Source: Escherichia virus KFS-EC3
Reading direction: 5' to 3' (one strand)
Length of the DNA: 64,000 bases
Sequence record: MZ065353.1
The first letter of the stretch is position 1. Every line of letters starts with the position of its first letter. A program made the translations under genes and the position numbers. The notes below the pieces were generated by a model. It did no database searches, had not been told where the DNA came from, and saw nothing but the letters and a program-made list of their open reading frames with translations. Shown piece after piece: positions 33,561 to 41,140 of this stretch.

Positions 33561-33568
33561 TATAAATA
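33561..33568 (+). promoter_or_regulatory. late promoter TATAAATA upstream of rIII
   Basis: Exact TATAAATA immediately after gene 31 stop. Confidence 0.6.
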
Positions 33569-33707
33569 ATAATATGAATTGGGTGTCGGAATAATAAGTT
33601 AACCGAACAATTCTACGTGGTAGTCTACAACTGAGAGATCTGTCGAAAGAAGATGAAATTCAGAAGAACGTGACTACCGAGTTTTAATCTCTAACGAGAA
33701 TTTTTAA

Positions 33708-33956
33708 ATGATTAAACAATTACAACACGCTCTTGAACTGCAACGAAACGCATGGAATAATGGTCACGAAAACTATGGCGCATCTATTGATGTTGAAGCC
33801 GAAGCTCTTGAAATCCTGCGTTATTTCAAACATCTGAATCCTGCTCAAACTGCATTAGCTGCTGAGCTTCAGGAAAAAGATGAACTTAAATATGCTAAGC
33901 CTCTGGCTTCTGCCGCACGAAAAGCAGTTCGTCACTTTGTGGTAACACTGAAGTAA
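33708..33956 (+). CDS. rIII: rIII lysis-inhibition accessory protein
   Basis: 82 aa, T4 rIII length and position after gene 31. Confidence 0.9.
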   Translation: MIKQLQHALELQRNAWNNGHENYGASIDVEAEALEILRYFKHLNPAQTALAAELQEKDELKYAKPLASAARKAVRHFVVTLK

Positions 33957-34150
33957 TTTATTGGAGAGTCACTGCCTTAGTGTGAAGTTAAAACGAGGAG
34001 CCGTCGAACTTTGTTTTACGGTGTACCTCTTGAATGTTGACGAGGTTTATGGTTATCCTGTCGGTAAATATTCAAAACCTAAGTACCCCTTGAGGGCTTT
34101 CGCAGGCAATGCCAATAAGTCCTGCATTTTCATTTAAAAGAGAATTTATA

Positions 34151-34327
34151 ATGGCAAAACAAGCTAAAGCAAAGAAAGCAGTTGAAAAGAAAGTTGGTGA
34201 TTCTAAACGCGCTGGTTACAAGCGTGGGTCGAACTCTCGTATCAATCAAACTGTTGAGAAGATCATGCGCCGAGCACGTGCGGTTCTTCGAGATGATGCT
34301 TCTCGTTTTGGTAAGCAGAAAGCATAA
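34151..34327 (+). CDS. small basic hypothetical protein (58 aa; 30.9 position)
   Basis: Lys/Arg-rich ORF from MAKQAK; track start 34109 is an extension. Confidence 0.5.
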   Translation: MAKQAKAKKAVEKKVGDSKRAGYKRGSNSRINQTVEKIMRRARAVLRDDASRFGKQKA

Positions 34328-34332
34328 GTTAA

Positions 34333-34356
34333 GGACTCCTTCGGGAGTCCTTTTTT
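34333..34356 (+). terminator. intrinsic terminator (GGACUCC-UUCG-GGAGUCC + T-run)
   Basis: Perfect 7-bp stem with UUCG tetraloop followed by TTTTTT. Confidence 0.75.
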
Positions 34357-34380
34357 ATTTTCCAAAGATTGCACAAAGTT

Positions 34381-34413
34381 GTTTACAGTATGGCTCCTTT
34401 GTGATAGTATTAT
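34381..34413 (+). promoter_or_regulatory. early promoter (GTTTAC ... TAGTAT/TATTAT)
   Basis: Third copy of the terminator-then-GTTTAC cassette architecture. Confidence 0.5.
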
Positions 34414-34437
34414 CTTACACAAACAAAGGAGAATAAA

Positions 34438-34806
34438 ATGAAAATCAATCTTAACTCATACATCAAAGGTAAAGATCACGACGGCTATAAAGCTATCGAA
34501 ACTAAAGAACTTCAGTGGCATTTATATAAAGAACAATTTGAATTCGTAGATTGTATGACTCCTGAAGGTCCTTCTGATGATTTCTCTTGGAAAATAATGT
34601 TAACTAACTTTTTTACTGGAGATACATACGAATTAAAAACTTTGATTCTTGGTAAAATTCGCTGTGAGACTTATGAAGATAAAGAAACTGGTTACTCTGA
34701 AGATGTTACGTGGTATCAAAATGGTCGTATTACCGCTGACCTCTTGATTGAAAAAATGAAAGCTAAAGGTGAATTAAATTTAGATAATTGGATTAAAGTT
34801 GCATAA
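34438..34806 (+). CDS. hypothetical protein (30.x block)
   Basis: 122-aa ORF with AAGGAG RBS. Confidence 0.6.
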   Translation: MKINLNSYIKGKDHDGYKAIETKELQWHLYKEQFEFVDCMTPEGPSDDFSWKIMLTNFFTGDTYELKTLILGKIRCETYEDKETGYSEDVTWYQNGRITADLLIEKMKAKGELNLDNWIKVA

Positions 34807-34876
34807 AATAGTTTACTTTGGTACAGGATATGATATTATATACCTGTACCGCAATTAAACATCTCGGAGAATAAAA

Positions 34877-35242
34877 ATGAATTACATCAACTTTGAACGT
34901 AAATATGTTTCTAACGGTATTGCAGGTTCTATTGATACTATCTGCCTTTGGAAACATCAAAATGGATCAGTATGCGAAATTGAACAGTATATGACTCCTA
35001 ACTACGTTTATATGCGATTTGAAAATGGCATCACGGTTTCAATCACGAAAGAAGGTTCTTCTTTTAAAATCGCATTGGATGATGATTTTCGTCAACGCGA
35101 TTTAGGGACTCATCCTTGCTGGAATGGCGTTAATCGCAAGCTTCTGGTTAAAACTTGGATTCGTCATATTCTGAGTAACAGAGCTAAACCTGAGCATCTT
35201 GAAGCAATCTTTGATGTAGTTCTTAACGAATTTGATATTTAA
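34877..35242 (+). CDS. hypothetical protein (30.x block)
   Basis: 121-aa ORF with GGAG RBS. Confidence 0.6.
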   Translation: MNYINFERKYVSNGIAGSIDTICLWKHQNGSVCEIEQYMTPNYVYMRFENGITVSITKEGSSFKIALDDDFRQRDLGTHPCWNGVNRKLLVKTWIRHILSNRAKPEHLEAIFDVVLNEFDI

Positions 35243-35251
35243 ATAAAATGA

Positions 35252-35265
35252 GGGGCTTCGGCCCC
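35252..35265 (+). other. C(UUCG)G tetraloop RNA hairpin without T-run
   Basis: GGGGC-UUCG-GCCCC about 17 nt before the next ATG. Confidence 0.5.
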
Positions 35266-35282
35266 TTACTGAGGAAAATACT

Positions 35283-35570
35283 ATGTTTATGACTACTTAT
35301 TTTGATACCCGCAAAAATTTCTGTGAAGTGGTTTTCTCTAAGGCACCTAAAGACCTTCCTGCTCATTTGCAGCCTACTAGTGAATCGATTAAAAACTATG
35401 TTAATGTAGTCTGCCCTTTAGAGTTCCGTACTGTAAATGGCCGCGATACTTTAGCTATCACTAAACTTAATCGTGAAATTGACATTGACCCTTCAATTGC
35501 GCGTGAAATTAATATTTCTGATATTGGCGGCGGTAATGTTAAATCACACGGTTTTCAGATGAGATTTTAA
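35283..35570 (+). CDS. hypothetical protein (30.x block)
   Basis: 95-aa ORF. Confidence 0.55.
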   Translation: MFMTTYFDTRKNFCEVVFSKAPKDLPAHLQPTSESIKNYVNVVCPLEFRTVNGRDTLAITKLNREIDIDPSIAREINISDIGGGNVKSHGFQMRF

Positions 35571-35574
35571 TAAA

Positions 35575-35790
35575 ATGTTTAAGAAATTAATCCAGAAATT
35601 ACTGGGCACGGAAATGGTCGAAGTTACTTATCGTGTGACTGATGTCTCTCCGCTCACTGAAGACCATTTAGAGCCATATATTATGACAATTAAAATGCTT
35701 AAACATGATGGCGGATTATCTATTGAAGACCGTTTACCAAGTTATGGTCATTGGGCTGATATTGAAATTATAAGTATTAAAGATGTCTGA
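35575..35790 (+). CDS. hypothetical protein (30.x block)
   Basis: 71-aa ORF. Confidence 0.5.
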   Translation: MFKKLIQKLLGTEMVEVTYRVTDVSPLTEDHLEPYIMTIKMLKHDGGLSIEDRLPSYGHWADIEIISIKDV

Positions 35791-36241
35791 GTTAGAGATT
35801 AGAAGCAATTTTAGATGGCCATCATGTGCATTAAGTAATTTCGCCCAATGGCCTTTTGTTATGGACGGTATCCAATTTGGAGGTCTCGAAGGATTCCTCC
35901 AAGGATGCAAGGTGAAAAATGTTGAACAACAGCGTCGTATATTTGGGTTATCCGGGCTTGCCGCCCAACAAGCTGGACGAGCTTATGCTAGAGCTCAGGA
36001 CCGTGGCACGTTGTTCTGGCTTGGAACTCCGTTTTCAAGATATTCCGAAGCATGGAAAGAATTATACACAAATGCATATTTTGAAGCAGCGTTCCAAAAC
36101 AAGGGCTTTCGCGATGCATTACAAGCCTCGAAAGGAAAAGTTTTGAAGCACAGCATGGCTAGTGGTCTAACAAAAGATGATACAATACTAACCGAAGCTG
36201 AATTTATTGATGTGTTAAACCTATTAAGAGACTCTCTATGA
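35783..36241 (+). CDS. NADAR / YbiA-like domain protein (candidate ADP-ribose-processing hydrolase)
   Basis: 152 aa; motif ALSNFAQWPFVMDG followed by LEGFLQGCK resembles the FSNF...W-P...DG and E-x-x-x-Q signatures of the YbiA/DUF1768 (NADAR) family. Confidence 0.65.
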   Translation: MSELEIRSNFRWPSCALSNFAQWPFVMDGIQFGGLEGFLQGCKVKNVEQQRRIFGLSGLAAQQAGRAYARAQDRGTLFWLGTPFSRYSEAWKELYTNAYFEAAFQNKGFRDALQASKGKVLKHSMASGLTKDDTILTEAEFIDVLNLLRDSL

Positions 36242-37077
36242 AGCCAACTATTTTGACTGATATTGATGGAGTATGTTTAAGCTGGCAATCAGGCCTTCCT
36301 TATTTTGCTCAGAAATATAATCTTCCGTTAGAACATATTTTAAAAATGATCCAAGATGAGAAATTTATTTCTCCAGGTAAACTCTTTAATTGTGATGAAG
36401 AACTTGGTGTCAAGTTAATTGAAAAATACAATCGTTCAGATTTTATTCGTTATTTGTCTCCGTATAAAGATGCCCTGTGTGTAATTAACAAATTAAAAGA
36501 AGATTATAATTTTGTAGCTGTTACAGCATTGGGTGATTCTATTGACGCTCTGTTGAATCGTCAATTTAATTTGAATGCTCTTTTTCCTGGTGCCTTCTCA
36601 GAAGTAATGATGTGTGGTCATGATTCTTCAAAAGAAGAGTTATTCAAAAAGGCAAAAGAGAAATATAACGTAATTTGTTATATTGACGATCTTGCTCACC
36701 ACTGCGATCATGCGAGTGAAATATTAAATGTTCCTGTTTATTGGATGGCTCGAGGAGAGCGTGATAATATTCCAAAAACTGCGCAGCGAGTTTATACATG
36801 GAATGATGTAGAAAATAAGCTTTTTTCGCCGAAGGAAAATAAAGAAAGTTTTGATAGTGAAAAAGCTATAAAAGATTTAATTGAGAAGATGGTTAAAAAC
36901 GATTCTTTTCCTTGGAACACTACCTGGAGAACGCCTGGATTTAATCCTTATAATCATCTATATCATCCATATCAGACACATCCGTTTCAGACATGGAACT
37001 ATATTAAACCTGGTGGCATAGAGTATTTGTATAATAGACCTACTTGTGGTGATAATATTTTCCAAGGAGCATTCTAA
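36238..37077 (+). CDS. HAD-superfamily phosphatase, 5'(3')-deoxyribonucleotidase-like
   Basis: 279 aa; motif I ILTDIDGV, motif II VAVTAL, motif IV CYIDDL. Confidence 0.65.
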   Translation: MKPTILTDIDGVCLSWQSGLPYFAQKYNLPLEHILKMIQDEKFISPGKLFNCDEELGVKLIEKYNRSDFIRYLSPYKDALCVINKLKEDYNFVAVTALGDSIDALLNRQFNLNALFPGAFSEVMMCGHDSSKEELFKKAKEKYNVICYIDDLAHHCDHASEILNVPVYWMARGERDNIPKTAQRVYTWNDVENKLFSPKENKESFDSEKAIKDLIEKMVKNDSFPWNTTWRTPGFNPYNHLYHPYQTHPFQTWNYIKPGGIEYLYNRPTCGDNIFQGAF

Positions 37078-37346
37078 TGTTTGTTGTTCACACTATTTAT
37101 GAAAATGAAGGTAATACTACACGTGATTACGGTCACGTAAATCAATTTTTTAGATGCAATCCAGAATTCCGAGCTCAAAAAGACGAACGAATTTTTAAAA
37201 AATGTGTAGAGCAAGGTTTCATTTATATCAAGCACTGGATGCAAGGAAATAAAGTTAGAACTACATATCATAGGTCTTTAACTGAGCTTAATGATGAATT
37301 GATTTATAATAGAGCTGTAAATCAAACTCTGAAGGATGAACAATGA
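37077..37346 (+). CDS. hypothetical protein (30.1 position)
   Basis: 89-aa ORF, translationally coupled to neighbours. Confidence 0.55.
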   Translation: MFVVHTIYENEGNTTRDYGHVNQFFRCNPEFRAQKDERIFKKCVEQGFIYIKHWMQGNKVRTTYHRSLTELNDELIYNRAVNQTLKDEQ

Positions 37347-38806
37347 TTCTTAAAATTCTGAATGAAATAGCATCTATTGGATCAACTAAGCAGAAGCAAG
37401 CAATTCTTGAAAAGAATAAAGATAATGAATTGCTTAAACGAGTATATCGTCTAACTTATTCTCGTGGGTTACAGTATTATATCAAGAAATGGCCTAAACC
37501 TGGTATTGCTACCCAGAGTTTTGGAATGCTGACTATTACCGATATGCTTGACTTCATTGAATTCACGTTAGCTACTCGGAAATTGACCGGAAATGCTGCA
37601 ATTGAGGAATTGACTGGATATATCACCGATGGTAAAAAGGATGATGTTGAAGTTTTGCGTCGAGTTATGATGCGAGACCTTGAATGCGGTGCTTCAGTAT
37701 CTATTGCAAACAAAGTTTGGCCAGGTTTAATTCCTGAACAACCTCAAATGCTGGCAAGTTCTTATGATGAAAAAGGCATTAGTAAGAATATCAAGTTTCC
37801 AGCTTTTGCGCAGTTAAAAGCAGATGGAGCTCGGTGTTTTGCTGAAGTCCGAGGTGATGAATTAGATGATGTTCGTCTTTTATCACGAGCTGGTAATGAA
37901 TATCTAGGATTAGATCTTCTTAAGGAAGAATTAATCAAAATGACTGCTGAAGCCCGCCAGATTCATCCAGAAGGTGTGTTAATTGATGGCGAATTGGTAT
38001 ACCATGAGCAAGTTAAAAAGGAACCAGAAGGCCTAGATTTTCTTTTTGATGCTTATCCTGAAATTAGTAAAGCTAAAGAATTCGCCGAAGTAGCGGAATC
38101 TCGTACTACTTCTAATGGAATCGCCAATAAATCCTTAAAAGGAACCATTTCTGAAAAAGAAGCTCAATGCATGAAGTTTCAGGTCTGGGATTATGTCCCG
38201 TTGGTAGAAATATACGGTCTTCCGGCGTTTCGTTTAAAATATGATGTACGTTTTTCTAAACTAGAACAAATGACATCAGGATATGATAAAGTAATTTTAA
38301 TTGAAAACCAGGTAGTAAATAACCTAGATGAAGCTAAGGTAATTTATAAAAAGTATATTGACCAAGGTCTTGAAGGTATTATTCTCAAAAATACCGATGG
38401 ATTGTGGGAAAATGCTCGTTCAAAAAATCTCTATAAATTTAAAGAAGTAATTGATGTTGATTTAAAAATTGTAGGAATTTATCCTCACCGTAAAGACCCT
38501 ACTAAAGCAGGTGGATTTATTCTTGAATCAGAGTGTGGAAAAATTAAAGTAAATGCTGGTTCAGGCTTAAAAGATAAAGCCGGTGTAAAATCACATGAAC
38601 TTGACCGTACTCGCATTATGGAAAACCAAAATTATTATATTGGAAAAATTCTAGAGTGCGAATGCAACGGTTGGCTAAAATCTGATGGCCGCACTGATTA
38701 CGTTAAATTATTTCTTCCGATTGCGATTCGTTTACGTGAAGATAAAACTAAAGCTAATACATTCGAGGATGTATTTGGTGATTTTCATGAGGTAACTGGT
38801 CTATGA
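37343..38806 (+). CDS. 30: ATP-dependent DNA ligase
   Basis: 487 aa, T4 ligase length; adenylation motif KADGAR. Confidence 0.97.
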   Translation: MILKILNEIASIGSTKQKQAILEKNKDNELLKRVYRLTYSRGLQYYIKKWPKPGIATQSFGMLTITDMLDFIEFTLATRKLTGNAAIEELTGYITDGKKDDVEVLRRVMMRDLECGASVSIANKVWPGLIPEQPQMLASSYDEKGISKNIKFPAFAQLKADGARCFAEVRGDELDDVRLLSRAGNEYLGLDLLKEELIKMTAEARQIHPEGVLIDGELVYHEQVKKEPEGLDFLFDAYPEISKAKEFAEVAESRTTSNGIANKSLKGTISEKEAQCMKFQVWDYVPLVEIYGLPAFRLKYDVRFSKLEQMTSGYDKVILIENQVVNNLDEAKVIYKKYIDQGLEGIILKNTDGLWENARSKNLYKFKEVIDVDLKIVGIYPHRKDPTKAGGFILESECGKIKVNAGSGLKDKAGVKSHELDRTRIMENQNYYIGKILECECNGWLKSDGRTDYVKLFLPIAIRLREDKTKANTFEDVFGDFHEVTGL

Positions 38807-38991
38807 AAGCTTACTTAGAAACAATTGTCGTTGCTCAAAAAGAAGGTGGAGATGTTTCTACTTCTGTATCACAAATCGTTCTCGAATTTGTAGATGCATA
38901 TGCTTATAATAAATTTACAGAAACATTTGATGCCTACGAAAAAGGTCCAAAGTTTGAAATATATCGTACTCTCTTACCACTAGATTATTAA
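38803..38991 (+). CDS. hypothetical protein
   Basis: 62-aa ORF, start overlaps ligase stop. Confidence 0.5.
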   Translation: MKAYLETIVVAQKEGGDVSTSVSQIVLEFVDAYAYNKFTETFDAYEKGPKFEIYRTLLPLDY

Positions 38992-39012
38992 AGGCCTTCG
39001 GGCCTTTAATTT
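38992..39012 (+). terminator. hairpin (AGGCC-UUCG-GGCCU) + U-rich tail
   Basis: UUCG tetraloop hairpin followed by TTAATTTT. Confidence 0.5.
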
Positions 39013-39020
39013 TATAAATA
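39013..39020 (+). promoter_or_regulatory. late promoter TATAAATA upstream of alt
   Basis: Exact TATAAATA 24 nt before the alt ATG. Confidence 0.7.
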
Positions 39021-39043
39021 GAATAAACACTAGAGAGGATATG

Positions 39044-41137
39044 ATGGAACTCATTACAGAATTATTTGACGAAGATACTACTCTTCCGATTACAAACTTA
39101 AATCCAAAGAAGAAAATACCACAAATTTTTTCAGTTCATGTTGATGACGCAATTGAACAACCAGGCTTTCGTTTATGTACCTATACATCTGGAGGTGATA
39201 CTAATCGCGATTTAAAAATGGGCGATAAAATGATGCATATTGTTCCTTTTACATTAACTGCTAAAGGTTCAATTGCTAAATTAAAAGGTCTCGGTCCAAG
39301 CCCAATTAATTACATCAATTCAGTTTTTACTGTTGCGATGCAGACGATGCGTCAGTATAAAATTGATGCCTGTATGCTTCGTATTCTTAAGTCTAAAACT
39401 GCTGGTCAAGCTCGACAAATTCAAGTTATTGCTGATAGACTTATCCGCAGTCGTTCAGGTGGCAGATACGTCCTTCTTAAGAAACTCTGGGATTACGATA
39501 AAAAGTATGCATATATTCTTATACATCGCAAAAATGTATCACTAGAAGACATTCCAGGAGTTCCGGAAATTAGCACCGAGCTCTTTACTAAAGTTGAATC
39601 GAAGGTCGGTGATGTTTATATCAATAAAGATACTGGAGCTCAAGTAACTAAAAATGAGGCAATTGCTGCATCTATTGCGCAAGAAAATGATAAACGTTCT
39701 GACCAAGCTGTAATCGTTAAAGTTAAAATTTCCCGTAGAGCAATTGCACAAAGTCAGTCATTAGAATCTTCTAGATTTGAAAGCGAATTATTCCAGAAGT
39801 ATGAATCTACCGCAGCTAATTTCAATAAACCTGCTACCGCTCCTTTAATTCCCGAAGCAGAAGAAATGAAACTTGGAATTAATTCATTAGCTTCTAAAAC
39901 TAAGGCAGCAAAAATTATTGCCGAAGGAACCACAGATGAACTTCATTATGACTATAAATTCTTTTCAAAAAGTGAGGTTAATGAAGTTTCTGAAAAAATT
40001 AAAGACGTAATTTTTAACGCGATCAAAAATGAACCGACTACTTCAATAAAATGTTTAGAGAAGTATGCAGCAGCTATTAATAAATTCTTTGAAGAATATA
40101 AAGATAATTGGCTTGATAAACATAATAAAACCCGTAAAGGACAGCCAGATGAAGTCTGGGAAGAAATGACTAAAAATTCCTGGAACGCAGCAAAAACTAA
40201 ATTCCTCAAAAGAATGATTTATAGTTTTTCTGGAATTGGTGCAGGTCCAATGATTGATATTACTATTGCCCGTGATGGTTCTAAATATACTCCATCACAA
40301 AAGCGCGGCATTAGAGAGTATTGCGGTTCAGGATATACTGACATCAATAATCTTCTTTTAGGACGCTACAATCCAGAACGATATGATGTAATGAGTGAAA
40401 AAGAAATTGAATCTGCTATAAATAACTTAGATTCAGCTTTTGAAAATGGTGACCGTATACCAGAAGGCATTACAGTTTATCGTGCTCAAAGTATGACTGC
40501 TCCTATATACGAAGCACTAGTTAAAAATAAAGTGTTCTATTTCAGAAATTTTGTATCTACTTCTTTAACTCCTATCATTTTTGGACGTTTTGGAATTACA
40601 CATGCTGGTATTGGTCTTTTAGAACCAGAAGCTCGTAATGAACTGACAGTTGATAAAAATGAAGAAGGAATAACTATTAATCCAAACGAAATAAGAGCGT
40701 ATAAAGAAAATCCTGAATACGTTAAAGTTCAAATAGGATGGGCAATTGATGGAGCTCATAAAGTTAATGTTGTATATCCAGGAAGTCTCGGAATAGCAAC
40801 AGAAGCTGAAGTTATTCTACCACGCGGATTGATGGTCAAAGTTAATAAAATAACTGATGCTTCTAATAATGACGGAACAACATCTAATAATACAAAACTC
40901 ATTCAAGCTGAAGTTATGACTACGGAAGAACTCACCGAATCAGTAATTTATGACGGTGATCGTCTAATGGAAACTGGTGAAGTAGTTGCAATGACAGGTG
41001 ATATTGAAATAGAAGACAGAGTTGACTTTGCATCATTTGTTTCATCAAATGTTAAACAAAAAGTAGAATCATCTCTTGGAATTATTGCGTCTTGCATAGA
41101 TATTACAAACATGCCTTACAAGTTCGTTCAAGGATAA
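39044..41137 (+). CDS. alt: Alt ADP-ribosyltransferase (packaged, injected)
   Basis: 697 aa; N-terminus MELITELFDEDTTLPITNLNPKKKIPQIF matches recalled T4 Alt; C-terminal R / STS / ExE motifs (YRAQ, FVSTSL, EAEVILPRG). Confidence 0.85.
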   Translation: MELITELFDEDTTLPITNLNPKKKIPQIFSVHVDDAIEQPGFRLCTYTSGGDTNRDLKMGDKMMHIVPFTLTAKGSIAKLKGLGPSPINYINSVFTVAMQTMRQYKIDACMLRILKSKTAGQARQIQVIADRLIRSRSGGRYVLLKKLWDYDKKYAYILIHRKNVSLEDIPGVPEISTELFTKVESKVGDVYINKDTGAQVTKNEAIAASIAQENDKRSDQAVIVKVKISRRAIAQSQSLESSRFESELFQKYESTAANFNKPATAPLIPEAEEMKLGINSLASKTKAAKIIAEGTTDELHYDYKFFSKSEVNEVSEKIKDVIFNAIKNEPTTSIKCLEKYAAAINKFFEEYKDNWLDKHNKTRKGQPDEVWEEMTKNSWNAAKTKFLKRMIYSFSGIGAGPMIDITIARDGSKYTPSQKRGIREYCGSGYTDINNLLLGRYNPERYDVMSEKEIESAINNLDSAFENGDRIPEGITVYRAQSMTAPIYEALVKNKVFYFRNFVSTSLTPIIFGRFGITHAGIGLLEPEARNELTVDKNEEGITINPNEIRAYKENPEYVKVQIGWAIDGAHKVNVVYPGSLGIATEAEVILPRGLMVKVNKITDASNNDGTTSNNTKLIQAEVMTTEELTESVIYDGDRLMETGEVVAMTGDIEIEDRVDFASFVSSNVKQKVESSLGIIASCIDITNMPYKFVQG

Positions 41138-41140
41138 ATC

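Noticed and set aside
33957-34150. Possible tRNA or small RNA gene in the long rIII-downstream spacer
   Set aside because: No cloverleaf-compatible pairing or T-loop GTTC-type box; kept only as a low-confidence regulatory candidate.
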